From Octopus sinensis (taxonomy: Eukaryota): 64,000 bases of DNA. Position numbers and translations under genes: made by a program. The notes under the pieces were generated by a model. That model was not told the DNA's origin. It searched no databases and worked only from the letters and a program-made list of their open reading frames with translations. Below are positions 37,070-53,285 of this stretch, piece after piece. The stretch is from the NCBI RefSeq assembly GCF_006345805.1, contig NC_043003.1:79050001-79114000 (forward strand), read 5' to 3'. How positions within the stretch are numbered: position 1 is the stretch's first letter; each line of letters starts with the position of its first letter.

Positions 37070-37681
37070 GTCCCCTCGCGTTGTTGTATGTTCTCTTTGT
37101 GTTTTCATGTTTGGATTAACTGTATATATATATTATATATATATAATATAATATATATAATATATACTTTTGTCCTGATATTAACGTATATGTATGTATG
37201 TACATAGACATATATATGTGAATATATATATATATATATATGCGTGTGTCTGTGTGTCTGTGTGTCTGTGTGCGCGTGCGTGCGTGTGTAAGCTGCCGAG
37301 GTGCGTTTCACCACGTCGTACCAGGAATTTCAGTTTCCCCATTAGCTTTGTTAGGTCCTTTGTTTCATGTTGTGCGTCCTCTACAAATAGCATCACTGTA
37401 GTTAAGTGGTGTTTCTCCGCTATTAAGGTGCGGAAGTTTCTAAAATATGTCATCTGATATGGCTTTGTGTTCGCCTCCTTGTGTTCAGAAACGATAACAG
37501 CGCCCCGGCAAAACCTTACCCAGCATTGATCAACAATAGCTGAGATGAGCAGAAAGAGTTCATAAATCTCTTTGGTCTAATGTCCATGCCATAAGAAGGT
37601 GTTCTTAGTTTATGATCAATTTATCTCTAACTTGTTACTTGTCCTGGTACACTGATGCACAGAGTGATAATATCAATTATA

Positions 37682-38067
37682 GGAGGCGCAATGGCCCAGT
37701 GGTTAGGGCAGCGGACTCGCGGTCGTAGGATCGTGGTTTCGATTCCCAGACCGGTCGTTGTGAGTGTTTATTGAGCGAAAACACCTAAAGCTCCACGAGG
37801 CTCCGGCAGGGGATGGTGGTGATCCCTGCTGTACTCTTTCACCACAACTTTCTCTCACTCTTACTTCCTGTTTCTGCTGTACCTGTATTTCAAAGGGGCG
37901 GCCTTGTCACTCTCTGTGTCACGCTGAATATCCCCGAGAACTACGTTAAGGGTACACGTGTCTGTGGAGTGCTCAGCCACTTACCCGTTAATTTCACGAG
38001 CAGGCTGTTCCGTTGATCGGATCAACCGGAACCCTCGTCGTCGTAACCGACGGAGTGCTTGCATCCA
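37682..38067 (+). mobile_element. SINE family B, full length
   Basis: Near-identical to 11773; probable TSD aat(a/t)tcaattata. Confidence 0.92.
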
Positions 38068-38139
38068 ATTTCAATTATATAAGAAAAAAAAGTATTATTG
38101 AAATTCTGTGATTATTACAGAAAACTTTTTCAAGGTCAA

Positions 38140-38400
38140 CAAGGCTGGCATTCTTCATGATGTGTGTAGAGAACTTTGTTCTCTATGGAACTGAATCTAG
38201 GGCTTTGTAGGAAAAGCTTCAGGATTATCTTGATGGTACGTGCATTATGCTTTTCATGGGACTCAAAACATGATATGAGCTCAGGATTAGGATGGAGGTG
38301 TATGGACACACTCTACCCATCTCAAGGCTTTGTTGTGCTGAGATTAATACTACATGAAAAAGGTTGCGAAACGGCCGTAATCCTATGGATGTTACGTGGT
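38140..38400 (+). mobile_element. Decayed RTE-X-like LINE fragment (post-RT region)
   Basis: CVENFVLYGTES-LDGTCIML-EVYGHTLPIS resembles VESILLYGSE-LDGCYTRLL-YGxLPPIS. Confidence 0.55.
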
Positions 38401-38784
38401 TAAATAAACATATATACATCTCTTATACCTCCTGACTTCATGTTTGTGTGTTTGTGCGTGTGTGTGGTGTGTAAACAAAAAGGCCAATTGCATGAATGTG
38501 AATAACAAAGACGAATTAAACTATATTAAATACTATTTAAGAAAACTCTTGATTTATTGAAAACATCTTCGTTTGGAAAGGTTAAACAAATGTCTGGTTG
38601 CGATGGCAACTGAATGTGGTTTCTTCTCTCTGCTCACGTCTTCTCAGCAAGCGTCGACAGTTTATACGGAGCACTAACGCTATCAAGCTCACCCGTTTCG
38701 GAGGACCTACAAAAAGTTATGGGCACTGCTCCTTCCTCCAGACTCTGCAAGTAAAAATAGACAGACAGACAGAACAGAACGACT

Positions 38785-39040
38785 GGTAGATAGATAGATT
38801 TCTTTATTGGCCACACAGGACTAAACACAGAAGGGACAAAATACAAAATAGAGCTTTTCTGTTTGGGAAGAAGAGAAGGGAGAAAATATGGGGGGGGGGC
38901 GAATTCCGATCAAAAGGGCTCGTGGAAAAAAAGGAGTGGGGAATTCCGATCAAAAGGGCTCGTGGAAAAAAAGGAGTGGGGAATTCGATCAAAAGGAATC
39001 GTGAAGAAAAGAAAACTGTGGCCGATCAATAGTGTTCCTG
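38785..39040 (-). mobile_element. Probable L1/Tx1-type 3' end containing a 40-bp tandem repeat (38901-38990)
   Basis: Minus strand ends ttgtcccttctgtgtttagtcctgtgtggccaataaagaa plus (TCTA)n; gaattccgatcaaaagggctcgtggaaaaaaaggagtggg occurs twice plus a partial copy. Confidence 0.55.
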
Positions 39041-39058
39041 TAGATATATATATTATAT

Positions 39059-39104
<46 letters not shown>

Positions 39105-39129
39105 CTATATATATATATATATATCTAAT

Positions 39130-40935
<1,806 letters not shown>

Positions 40936-40961
40936 ATATATAAATACACAAACACACACAA

Positions 40962-41013
<52 letters not shown>

Positions 41014-42659
41014 ATATATATAAATACATACACACACACACACACATACACACACACACACACCACACAACACACACACATTATATATATATATATATAT
41101 ATAATATATATATATATATAAGCATATATGTATGTGTGTGCATGCTTGTGTATGTGTGTGCGTGTATAATATATAAAACACAGGCAAATATATATACACA
41201 TACGTACATATATGAATATATATATACATATATAAATATATGTCCATACACACACACATATATATATATGTATATATTTATACACACACATATACGTCTA
41301 TATATACGCACACTTGCGTGCGTTGTGAGTGGGTGTATGTATAGCTTGTGTGTATATGTGTACGCGCGCGCGTGTGTGTGTGTATATGTGGGTTCCAGCT
41401 TCAGTGTGTATGCGTTTTGCGTGTGTTGTGTGAAGTATAATAAAGCGAATATTTTTTGATTATGGTTTTGATAAAATGCACTAAAATAGAATTAAAAAGG
41501 AAAACCTCTTCAAGTGCCATAAAGTCTTGGAGGATGCTAAAGAACATATGTTCTTGTGAAAAGATGGAAAAGAAATATGCCGATGGCATATGGCTGTTCA
41601 ATAAAGCGTTCACGATGACTACGCCAGTGTTTGTTCATGCAATTAGATTTGATGAAGTTGGAGAAGAGCGAGGATAAAGTGAAAATATTAAAAGTTGTTG
41701 TCTGACATTATTCTCGGCTCTAACCTCTATGTTGTTTGTCGGCTTAAGCAGACAGGATATTGCTGAGGCAGAAATTTATAGGGTATTATGTGTGTGTTAG
41801 TTCATGTTTGTGTGTGTTTATACGTGTTTGCTCTGTTGTGCGTACGTGTGTGTGTGTGTGTGAACAGGTATTATTTTTACTTATATTTGTTTTGTACTTC
41901 GTTTTCTTCCCCGCTTCCCCCCCCCCCTATTTGCTATGTAGAATAATATCGTTGCTGCGTATATCCTAACTTAAGTATTAACTGTTCATCCCTCACTTTG
42001 CGTTTTATTTCCTCACATTTGACCGGCTGGGAAATGTTACGTTCAACACACATATGCCAAAATTCCATGTACATACACACACGCACACACATGCATGCAT
42101 ACATGCACACACATAGTTGGAAGTATGTAACTTTTACTCGAAGATAGTAATCATCAAAGTCTACACTGTCTAGAAAATTCTTAAAAATTCTAATTTTAAT
42201 TTTTTTATCAACATGTGGTTATTGAAATTCTATTATTATCGAAGATTTCAACAACAGAAAACTAATTTTAGTTCATTGCAAGATAGTGTTTTTTAACACT
42301 TCATGGCGTTACTTTCTACAAATTATTTAGTAAAGACAGTTTTTCAAATTATAAATTTAATGCCGTGAAAGCCAACTTATGTTGATTCCATCAACCTTTC
42401 ATATTTGGTAGATGTTTTTTAAAGAATTAAAGTAGTTTTAATTTACTTTCGCCACTTGTACAAAATACAAACTTGTCTCACTTTTTCCCTTCAACAAAAA
42501 TATTTGATTGTTGTACACAATGTTTTTAAGACTGTTTTTAGACTGTTATGGTGCATGTTAAAGACTTTAGCAGGAAATCTGTTATATATTTCCGATAGGT
42601 ATCTTTTTTGCTGCGACCTCCACTATTTGTGGAGGAATTCTAACTCTATCGTTGATTGC

Positions 42660-42960
42660 TTGCTGGCTCAGTGGTTAGAGCGTCGAGCTTACGATCGTGA
42701 GGTTGTGAGTTCGATTCTCGGACCGGGCTGCGTGTTGTGTTCTTGAGCAAAACACTTTATTTCATGTTGCTCCAGTTCACTCAGCTGTAGAAATGAGTTC
42801 GACTCGACTCCTGGTGCCAAGCTGTATCGGCCTTTGCCTTTCCCTTGGATAACATCAGTGACGTGGAGAGAGGAGGCTGGTATGCATGGGCAACTGCTGG
42901 TCTTCTATAAACAATCTTGCCCGGACTTGTGCCTCGGAGGGTAACTTTCTAGGTGCAATA
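42660..42960 (+). mobile_element. SINE family C
   Basis: tggctcagtggttagagcgtcgagcttacgatcg head and consensus body. Confidence 0.88.
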
Positions 42961-43115
42961 CTTATTGAACGAATGAATGCTATTAGTTGAATGAAGGATG
43001 CAAACGCAAATTAGATGTAATATATGGGAAAAAATTGCACAAACTGGGAATCGGAAGTGTAAATATTATTTAGCGACTAGCAGAAAATAACCTGGAGGTA
43101 GATGTGTGCATGAAG

Positions 43116-43157
<42 letters not shown>

Positions 43158-43485
43158 AAGAAAGAGTGTGAGTGAAAGAGATTTGGCTTTTCGTGTTGAC
43201 GAACGTAATTCTAAAATTTTTAACTTGTAGTTAGCTTCTCATGGATTATGAATGCATATATACAACGTTTATGTATTACTTGTTTCAACCATAAGACTGT
43301 GGCCATGCTGGAGCACCACCCTGAAGTACTTTAATTGAACGAATCAGCCCAGTACTTATCTTTTTAACCTTGGTATATTCTAGCAGTCTCTTTTTGCAGA
43401 ACTGCTAAGTTACGGGTTGGGGTTAATACACCAACACCGAGTTTCAAGCGGTGGAGAGGGAGAAATATACAAGGGTACACGCGCA

Positions 43486-43559
<74 letters not shown>

Positions 43560-43769
43560 TACATACATACATACATTATGGCTGCCCCCTCGTTATCGAG
43601 TATGGCCATTGCATGAAGCTTAACTGTTACTGGTGCTGTGATCGAATGTGACTTTTTAGCCCAGCTAAAGATCTACAATTTCTTGTACAAACTTAAGTTT
43701 GTGCTGACTTCAAACGTCTACGCTGCTCTCCGCAAAAGAGACGGAGTATTGTGACAATTTCTCAACCGT

Positions 43770-44047
43770 AGTGTTTGTTCCTTCTCGAGCCGGTTTTCCT
43801 TGGCGTACAGGTCCCCCACCTGGATGGGACGCCGCTCCATCGCAGGTGAGCTGCAAGATGCAGGAGGAAAGAGTGAGAGAAAGTTGTGGCGGAAGAGTCA
43901 GCAGAAGTTCGCCATTACCTTCTGCCGGAGCCGCGTGGAGCTTAGGTGTTTCGCTCATAAACACACACATCGCCCGGTCTGAGATTCAAACCGGCGATCC
44001 CTCGACCGCGAGTCCGCTGCTTTAACCACTCGGCCATGTGCCTCCAC
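43770..44047 (-). mobile_element. SINE with B-type head/central block and cctgcgatggagcggcgtcccatccagg tail
   Basis: Head like 11773; tail like 12480. Confidence 0.8.
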
Positions 44048-44079
44048 ACCAACAGTAGTGGAGATACAGTTGTCAGTAA

Positions 44080-44430
44080 GTGGTAGTATAACGGGAAAAA
44101 AATCGTCTGGTTTCGGTGGTCTCCCCCAACAGCTTTTTAGATACATACAAGACTTGTTCGACTTAGTCACTTGGCAAACGTCTATCGCAAATGGAAGCAC
44201 ACTGAAGGAAACCAACAAGTGCTATAATCAAGGAATAATGATGCTTAAGAAGGTCGAGAAATATCATTGGTAATATCTTGTCGATAACTCTGCTGGACAG
44301 AAAGTTCAAAACTTTGACCAAGGTATTTGCGAAGAAGTTGATTCTTATTGACAATTGTGTGGCTGAGAGCGCACAAGACTTGTGCAATTTCCAATAGAAC
44401 CATGACAACCTTCACTCTATGCGATACACT
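44080..44430 (+). mobile_element. Decayed L1/Tx1 reverse transcriptase fragment
   Basis: GKKSSGFGGLP (cf. KSPGxDGLP), ITLLDRKFKTLTKVFAKKL (cf. PITLLNxDxKILAKVLAxRL), HDNLHSMRY. Confidence 0.65.
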
Positions 44431-45096
44431 CGTATAAAGTACTTGGTGGGCCTCTGATCAACTTATATTAACGCAAAACTTTTGATCGAGTCGAACATTA
44501 ATACTAAATGATTCTCTTCAGCACAGCTATTTACTGTCTGGTTTTCACGGTGCAGCGTTCTTTCCAGTGTTTTTCCTTTTTTTTCTTTTTTTTTCTACAA
44601 CCCTCAACATGTAGCTATTCAAAGAACATCAACCAGATCGCAAATATATATACATGATTTAATATTATATTGTATATATTATATATTATATAATATATTG
44701 TGTGTGTGCGAGAGAGAGTGAGAGAGTGAGAAAGAGACTGCTAGAAAAAGAGAGAGAGACAGAGAGAAAGAGAGACAGACAGACATCAGACAGAGAGGTT
44801 CTATGTCCCACCAGCATGACGTTTACTTCCGGCAGCCGTCTTGTCTCTTTCGTGCTAGCTCTAATAGTTACCCTGGCTATTATTTATCTCTATGCATGTA
44901 GAAAAGCGATGAACAGATAGGTTTGTTTTGATTGTTGACTCCTCGCTTTAAAATTTCCGATCATCTTGCGCGCCATACTATTCTGCGTACTACTAAGTTT
45001 AACACTAACTCTTCTTGAATTTAATTTAATGCAATATAACTTAATTTAACGTAATCGCAGGTCTACCTCTATTTAAAATCTTTTCACCAGTGACAG

Positions 45097-45161
<65 letters not shown>

Positions 45162-45181
45162 TGTATGTATGTATGTATGTA

Positions 45182-46000
45182 TACAGGGTGGGTGGAACGT
45201 AACTAGGCAATTTTTAGTATCACTGAAGTCTTGACGAAAACATGTTTTAAATAGACAACACTAATAGGGATTTCTTATTTACTTAGTGTCTTATTGTCTT
45301 ATTTCTTATTTTCCAAATGACCGGTCGCTTGACTGTTCAGGAGCGAGCTAAGATAGCAGTACGCTATGGCGTGTGGAATTCCATTGTCTTGCTTCAGAGA
45401 TGGTGTGGTGCATGGAAAGGTAAGCATGCAACACTACGTGTGGAGACAATAAAAAGTTGTTATGCAAAGCCGATGACCGCGGGCTCTGTGAATGATGCAA
45501 GAAAAAGTGGCCGTCCACCACATCTCGATCAGCGGGAAACGTGGCAACAGTGCCGGAAATGTTTAATCGCAGCCCGCAGAAGTCAACACGTCAAGCAGCT
45601 CGTGAAAGTGAACTAACAAGACACACAATACGTACGGTGTTGCATAAGGAATTGTATTTTCGTCCGTGGAAACCCCATTACGTGCGGGAGCTAAAATTTG
45701 AAGATGGTGACCGCAGAAGTCCAAAACTCCAGAACTCCAAGAAGTTCAAATTTCATTCCATGTAATTTTTACCTGTGGGGTTACACAAAAGAGGAGGTAT
45801 ACAAGACAAGACCTCGCACACAGGAGGACTTGGAGGCATGGATTCAGGAGATTCTCAATGATATCCCAGACGACGTCCTTCAGAAGGTCATTCATTCCAT
45901 TCTTGGCCGTTTGAAGAAACTGGTGAAAGCCACTGGTGCTTAGGTTTGAAATATGAAGATTTACTTTCATTTTCCCATGTAACAAAGGACGTGTATCATG
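45182..46000 (+). mobile_element. Internally deleted Tc1/mariner-superfamily element (DUF4817-like HTH N-terminus plus C-terminus; catalytic core missing)
   Basis: TA-cagggtgg start; MTGRLTVQERAKIA-GSVNDARKSGRP, FNRSPQKSTRQAARE-RPWKPHYV, then a jump to PRSSNFIPCNFYLWGY-VY. Confidence 0.8.
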
Positions 46001-46029
46001 TTTCTGTGAATTTGTAAAAGGAATACTCT

Positions 46030-46460
46030 TACTCTTTACTCTTTTACTTGTTTCAGTCATTTGACCGCGGCCATGCTGGAGCACCGCCTTTAATCGAGCA
46101 ACTCGACCCAGGGACTTATTCTTTTGTAAGCCCAGTACTTTCTATCGGTCTATCGGTCTCTTTTGCCGAACCGCTAAGTAACGGGACATTAAACACACTA
46201 CACCACCAGCATCGGTTGTCAAGCAATGCTAGGGGGACAAACACAGACATACAAACACACACACGCATATATATATATATATAATATATACGACGGCTTC
46301 TTTCAGTTTCAGTCTACCAAATCCACTCACAAGGCATTGTGGTCGGCGGCCTGGGCTATAGCAGAAGACACTTGCCCAAGATGCCACGCAGTGGGACTGA
46401 ACCCGGAACCATGTGGTTGTTTAGCAAGCTACTTACCACACAGCCACTCCTGCGCCTGGA
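46030..46460 (-). mobile_element. SINE family A, full length
   Basis: Consensus match; a further partial copy at 46640-46790. Confidence 0.88.
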
Positions 46461-46539
46461 TGGATTTTATTATCAATTTTTAATGCCTACTTACTTTTCA
46501 CCCACCCTGTATGTGCACACACGCACGCACGCACGCACA

Positions 46540-46580
<41 letters not shown>

Positions 46581-46599
46581 AACACTCACAAACACCCCC

Positions 46600-46633
<34 letters not shown>

Positions 46634-46871
46634 ACATGCGTCTTTCAGTTTCTGCCTGTCAGATTTAGTCACAAACCTTTCATTGGCTCGAATCTATCGT
46701 AGAAGCCACTTGCCCAAAGTGCCATGCAGTGGCACTGAATCCGGCACCATGTGACTGAGAAGCAAACATCTTACTACTCAGCCATGTTGTGCCTATATAT
46801 ACGTACATGCATGCATATATACATACATACATACATACATACTACATACATACATACATACAAACATACAT

Positions 46872-46914
<43 letters not shown>

Positions 46915-46946
46915 TATATATACATACATACATACATACATACATA

Positions 46947-47227
46947 GTGAAGGCGCATGGCTCAGAGGTTAGAGCGTCGAACTTACGATTGTGAAGTTGT
47001 GAGTTCGATTCCTGGATCGGGCTGCATGTTGTGTTCTTGAGCAAGACACTTTATTTCACATTGCTCCAGTTAACTCAGCTGTAGAAATGAGTTGCAAGCT
47101 GTATCGGCCCCTTTGCCTTTCCCTTAAACAACATCAGTGGTATGGAGAGGGGAGGCTGGTATGCATGGGTAACTATTGTCTTCCATAAACAACCATGCCC
47201 GGACTTGTGCCTCGGAGGGTAACTTTA
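46947..47227 (+). mobile_element. SINE family C, 3' truncated by (TA)n
   Basis: gaaggcgcatggctcag head and consensus body. Confidence 0.85.
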
Positions 47228-47230
47228 TAT

Positions 47231-47277
<47 letters not shown>

Positions 47278-47393
47278 TATATTTAGAAGAAATGAGGTAA
47301 TCAGAAGATCGGATGGTTTATATTACAGATATTTATTTATATATTACATTTTTACATATATATCATATCACTTAGATCATTAGCGCTTTCTCC

Positions 47394-47453
<60 letters not shown>

Positions 47454-48299
47454 TATATATGTTTGTGTGTGTGTGTGTGTGTGTAGGTATAAAGACAATG
47501 TTCAGAAACAATGATAATTATTGGTGTCGACGGTCGTACGCTTTTCCCATATCGAAGTTCGATAAGCTGTAAAAATTTGTTAAAGCCCACGGTTAGTAAT
47601 TTCATTGCTATAGATGCGAATAAAGATTCAAATTGAGGGAGTGAGACTGGTAAAATCTAGGTTACATATGTTTCTTAGCTAGCAGATCCTCTAATGTGAT
47701 AATTACTCAACGAGGGGTACTCAGCTAGCTACACATCTGGCCACGAGGGAGTGTATATATACACTCATTTTATTCGGAGATGTACATATACATAATGTTG
47801 TCTACATATGATATAGTATACGATACGATATGATATATATACACACACACGTGTGTGTGTGTGTGTGTGTGTGTGTGCAGCCAACATTTTCTCATATAGC
47901 CTACATAATGTAGGAGATGTGAATTATTTGCAGAAGATCTAGCTGCTATTTCTAGCAGTTGGGGCTGCTACGTGGTGACCCCGTATTCTTGAGTTTTCTG
48001 TGGTTTTTCAACTCTCTGTCAATCTTGGCACAGTAGATTTAGGGTCAAAATCATTCCAGTCAAAGTAATCCTGTGTTCTCATATATCGGGAACTGACGAC
48101 GCTATCTTCTGTGTCTTTTTGTCTTTTAAACGACAACAGACTGGAATTTGAGAGAATTTTGTCTACTATTTCTAGCACGTAACTCAACCACATATTTGAA
48201 CCCTTGCCAACTTATTTATGGTCATCTTCATGATATTAGCGATAACGACATTGGTGAGGATGGTGGTGATAATTGTGGTGATTTTGACAGTGGTAACTG

Positions 48300-48377
48300 T
48301 AATGATGGAGGTGGTGGTGGTGGTGGTGGTGGTGGTGACGGTCTTGCCGGCGAAGGTGGTAGTGTCGATGGAGGTGA

Positions 48378-48418
<41 letters not shown>

Positions 48419-48525
48419 CGATGATGGAGTTGATGGTGATGACGGAAGTGTTGGTGGTGATAATGATGATGGCGATCATGAAAGAGGACACGAGAGGAAG
48501 GGCAAAAGAAAATATAAAAGACGAA

Positions 48526-48570
<45 letters not shown>

Positions 48571-49090
48571 TAGTAGTAGTGGTGGTGGTGGTGGTGGTGG
48601 TGGTGGTGTTGGTGGTGGTGTTGGTGGTGGTGGTGTTAGTGGTGGTGGTGGCGGTAGTGGTGGTAGTGGTAATGGTGGTGGTGGTGGTGGTGGTGGTGGT
48701 GGTGGTGGTGGTGGTGGTTCGGACGCGTAGCAAAGAAAAGAAATAAAAACTGATGATGATGATGTTGATGATGATGATAATGATGATGATGAAGACGACG
48801 ATGATCATGACGATGATGATGACGGCGGAAGTGTTGGTGGTGGTGGTGGTGGTGGTCATGATGATTATGATGGCGACGGCGACGACGACGAACAACGGCG
48901 GTGGCAACGCTGACGACGACCTTGATAGCGATGTCTGTGATGGGGGTTTAATGCAGCAGACAGTGGCAATGGTGGCGATGGCAGTGGTGGTGGTGGTGGT
49001 GGTCTCGGTGGGTGGTGGTGATGATGATGATCACGACGACGACGACGACGACGACGACAACGTCGACGACAACGATGACAACGGCGATGT
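48300..49090. repeat. Compound GGT/GAT/GTA/GAC trinucleotide region
   Basis: Direct. Confidence 0.9.
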
Positions 49091-49714
49091 AAAATGAGGA
49101 ATGAGGAAAGAAAAACAGAAGGAAGTGGGAGTGTGGCGGGATTGAGTACAAGCTGTAGTCTCAACCACCTGTTCCTTCACCTTACAGAGTTTCCGAGACA
49201 TTTTGACGCCAAACATGCGGTGAGAAGTCGGGGGTGGGGTGGTGGATGCTGGAAGTAGAAAGACAAAATGGAAAAAGAACACCGACCAAACTGCTCTTCT
49301 ATAGCATGACTCTCTCTCTACTGCTCTCTCCTCTTCTTTTCGTCTCTTCTTCCCCCTCCATCTCTCTCTCTCTCTCTCTCTCTCTTTCCCTCTTTTTCTC
49401 TTTCTCTTTCCCTCTTTCCCTCTTTTCCTCTCTCTCTCTCTCTCTCTCTCTGAACTCATTCCATATGATTCCGTCATTTTGTACAACAGATTCCACCATC
49501 CAAATGTGTTCAAACACACACACACACACACACACACACAGCACACACACCACACACACACCACACACAGATATATGTATACGCATACATGCATGAACAC
49601 ATATTCCTACACATAAACACATGAAAAGATATATATATATACATACACACATAACGATTCTCTCAAAGACAGAATGTGTTCTTAGATTTCCATAAATACC
49701 ATGTGTGCGAATGC

Positions 49715-49745
<31 letters not shown>

Positions 49746-50024
49746 CATACATACATACATACATACATACATACATACATACATTTTACATGCATACATA
49801 CATACATACATACATACAAATATACATACATGCCATACATACATACATACATACATACATACATACATACATACATACATAACCACTCATGCACCAAATG
49901 GCAGTTGCTAAAAAGCATTCGTGAAGTAAAATCATGTAGCAACACCAAATGGCGGTGCCCCAGCATGGCCACAGCTCATGAGCTGAAACTAGATAAGATA
50001 AGATAAGATACATACATACATACA

Positions 50025-50058
<34 letters not shown>

Positions 50059-50404
50059 CATACATACATACATACATACATATAAATTGTTTAAATGTTC
50101 GATCTGTATAAATATATATGTGTATGTATGTATGTGTGTGTATGTGTGTGTGCGCGCGCGCGTGTGTGTGAGCGGACAAACGAAAGAAAAAGATATCCAA
50201 CACATTTAGTTGGAGTTGTATGTATAATTATTGAAAAGAGGCGACTTAAAGTTTAACAGGCTTCTAATAGAAACCCGTTTCATTGAGGTTAAGCCTGAAA
50301 GAGAGAGGTTTCTGATAGAGATCCACGAAGCTTTAAGTTGCATGGAGCCGAATCAAAAATTTTAAAATGATATATACATATACATATACATAATGATATA
50401 TACA

Positions 50405-50560
50405 TAAGTTGCTTGCTTACCAACCACATGGTTCCGGGTTCAGTCCCACTGCGTGGCATCTTGGGCAAGTGTCTTCTTGCTATAGCCCCGGGCCGACCCA
50501 TGCCTTGTGAGTGGATGGTAGTAGCGGAAACTGAAAGAAGCCGTCGTATATATGTGTGTT

Positions 50561-50617
<57 letters not shown>

Positions 50618-50850
50618 TGTGTGTGTGTGTGGTGTGTGTTTGTGTGTCTGTGTTTGTCCCCCTAGCATTGCTTGACAACCGATACTGGTGTGTTTACGTC
50701 CCCGTCACTTAGCGGTTCGGCAAAAGAGACCGATAGAATAAGTACTGGGCTTACAAAGAATAAGTCCCGGGGTCGATTTGCTCGACTAAAGGCGGTGCTC
50801 CAGCATGGCCGCAGTGAAATGACTGAAACAAGTAAAAGAGTAAAAAGAGT
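50405..50850 (+). mobile_element. SINE family A, A box truncated
   Basis: Consensus match. Confidence 0.88.
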
Positions 50851-50855
50851 ATATG

Positions 50856-50892
<37 letters not shown>

Positions 50893-50939
50893 CCTGTAAA
50901 TATTGTAAAACCATTCGCACCGAAATATATATACATATA

Positions 50940-51135
50940 TAGTTAATCCAAACACGAACAAAGAGAAAACACAACAACGCGAGGACGTTGAACAAGTATA
51001 GTGTTATTGGACACTCAGGAAAGGAAAGAAAGAAGGAGGATTTAACGTCTCGAGCGGAGCTCTTCGTCAGAAACATAGAAAAAGGGAAGATCCAAGGAAG
51101 AAAAGACGGGGAAAGAAAATCGCCAACGATACACA
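50940..51135 (-). mobile_element. PLE-type terminal (pLTR-like) fragment with a mutated hammerhead at about 51040-51075
   Basis: Minus strand gttt-CTGACGA-agagc-tcc-gctc-GAGA-cgtta; abuts (TA)n; a truncated inverted copy of its end lies at about 37069-37126. Confidence 0.65.
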
Positions 51136-51227
51136 CACGCATACCCCCGTCCCTCCCTCCCAACCTTCCACTATCCCCACCACCCTTCCTACTTCTAACA
51201 CCATCCCCACCACTACTTTCATAAACA

Positions 51228-51634
51228 ATGGTTATAAAGCATTTAGAGTGGAGTAAAATCCCAGAAATTATCCCTAGAGTAGTGGAAGAATGTTATTTTC
51301 TCGGACGACTCATCCTTTACCTTATTTTCGACCGCCGGCCGAGTATACGTTTGGAGACAGCCAAAAGAAGCATTTGACCCAGACTGCCTTCTTCCAACTA
51401 TTAAACATGGAGGAGAATTTGTAATGATCTGGGGCGGGGGGCGGGGGATTATATCTTAGAAATCCGCCGGCCCAATGGTTTCCCTTCATGGCAGAATTAA
51501 TAGTTAAGACTATTTAAGCCTTTCATCTGATCAAATTCATGTTATGGTTGCAGAACAGTTCCCGGAGGGAAACGCAATCTTTCAGGATGATAATGCACCA
51601 ATTCACGCAGCCGAAGTTGTTACTGAATGGCATT
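51228..51634 (+). mobile_element. Tc1 transposase DDE-domain fragment (absent from the ORF track)
   Basis: WKNVIFSDDSSF-RVYVWR-TIKHGG-VMIWG-GRIN-IFQDDNAPIH. Confidence 0.85.
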
Positions 51635-52224
51635 AGTGAGATGGTATAATTAACACATTGCGTAAGTACAATCAACCATCAAAGGTGTAAAATGTGCTTC
51701 TTCAGGTGATTAATTTGAATTAGTGTTTCATTAGAACACACTGTCATTTCACTCTATACAAGAATGAATACCCCAAATAGTGCACTATTTTCAGCAATTT
51801 GCAGACAAAATTAAATCCCTAGATATAGTGACAGACAAAACACAAGAATAATCAAAATACAAAATACAAAAACAAAGAAACAAAAATAAGAATCTCACAT
51901 CTTAAGTTAACAAGAAATTACAATTCTATCTTTATGGTCAGATTATTAGGAAGGAAAAAAATAACAAAATGAAGAATGAAATAAAGCGTTTAGAGATAAT
52001 GTGATAAAGTGATAAAGACTAACCATTTTTGAGCTTATCAGTCTATTTACTTAAAAGGGATCTAAAATGACCCCTGCTTGTTATAACAAAACATCTGGTT
52101 CCGTCCCACACGAGAATCTTGACAACTTAATTTTTGATTATCTTGCCTTAATATTGTTTTTTTTTTTTTTTTTGTAGCATTTAGAAAAATAAGTAAGTTA
52201 GTAGGTGAACTCTTCGCTGCGTAC

Positions 52225-52720
52225 ATATTATTATCTACTCTAGGCAGAAGGCCCGAAATTTTGTGGGGGAGGGGGCTCAGTAGATTTTATCGACCCCAGT
52301 ACGCAACTGATACCTGATTTATCGACCCCGAAAGGATGAAAGGCAAAGTCGATCACGGCGGAATTTGAACTCAGAGCGTAAAGACAGACGAAATACCTAT
52401 TTCTTTACTACCCAAAAGAGGTTAAACACAGAGAGGACAAACAAGGACAGACAAACGGATTAAGTCGATTACATCGACGCCAGTGCGTAACTGGTACTTA
52501 TTTAATCGACCCCGAAAGGATGAAAGGCAAAGTCGACCTCGGCGGAATTGGAACTCAGAACGTAGCGGCAGACGAAATACCTATTTCTTTACTACTCACA
52601 AGGGGCTAAACACAGAGAGAATAAACGAGGACAGACAAACGGATTAAGTCGATTATGTCAACCCCAGTGCGTAACTGGTACTTATTTAATCGACCCCGAA
52701 AGGATGAAAGTCCACGAAAG
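52225..52720 (-). mobile_element. SINE D trimer
   Basis: Fixed junctions at 52397/52398 and 52581/52582. Confidence 0.88.
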
Positions 52721-52844
52721 CCCTTAAAAATATCAGTCAACTGGGGCTCACTGAATTCACTTTATACGCTTCATTGGCATCTTCAAACACATTTCATAGA
52801 AACAACCGGTATCTATCGACTTCGCATATCAAACTTTTGAAAGA

Positions 52845-52909
<65 letters not shown>

Positions 52910-52945
52910 GATGACGACGACGACAACGACGACGACGACGACGAC

Positions 52946-52988
<43 letters not shown>

Positions 52989-53162
52989 GGGAAGAGGAGG
53001 GGAGGAGGAAGAGGAGGAAGAGGAGGGGAGGAGGAAGAGGAGGGGAGGAGGAAGAGGAGGAAGAGGAGGGGAGGAGGAAGAGGAGGGGAGGAGGAAGAGG
53101 AAGATGAAGAGGAGGGAGAGGAGGAGGAAGAGGAGGGAGAGGAGGAGGAAGAGGAGGAAGAG

Positions 53163-53233
<71 letters not shown>

Positions 53234-53285
53234 GGAAGAGGAGGAAGAGGAGGAAGAGGAGGAAGAGGTGGAGGAAGAGGAGTGA
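52845..53285. repeat. (ATG)n/(ACG)n then about 290-bp polypurine (GAG/GAA) tract
   Basis: Direct; source of the poly-M/E/R ORFs. Confidence 0.95.

Noticed and set aside
37280-37620. Possible RTE/BovB 3' fragment or exon (ORF 37181-37453); similar weak RTE-like end at 53350-53600
   Set aside because: Only vague motif resemblance, not enough for a feature call.
52985-53285. Acidic poly-E protein or triplex-forming element
   Set aside because: Simple GAG/GAA expansion without splice context; H-DNA potential is generic to such tracts here.
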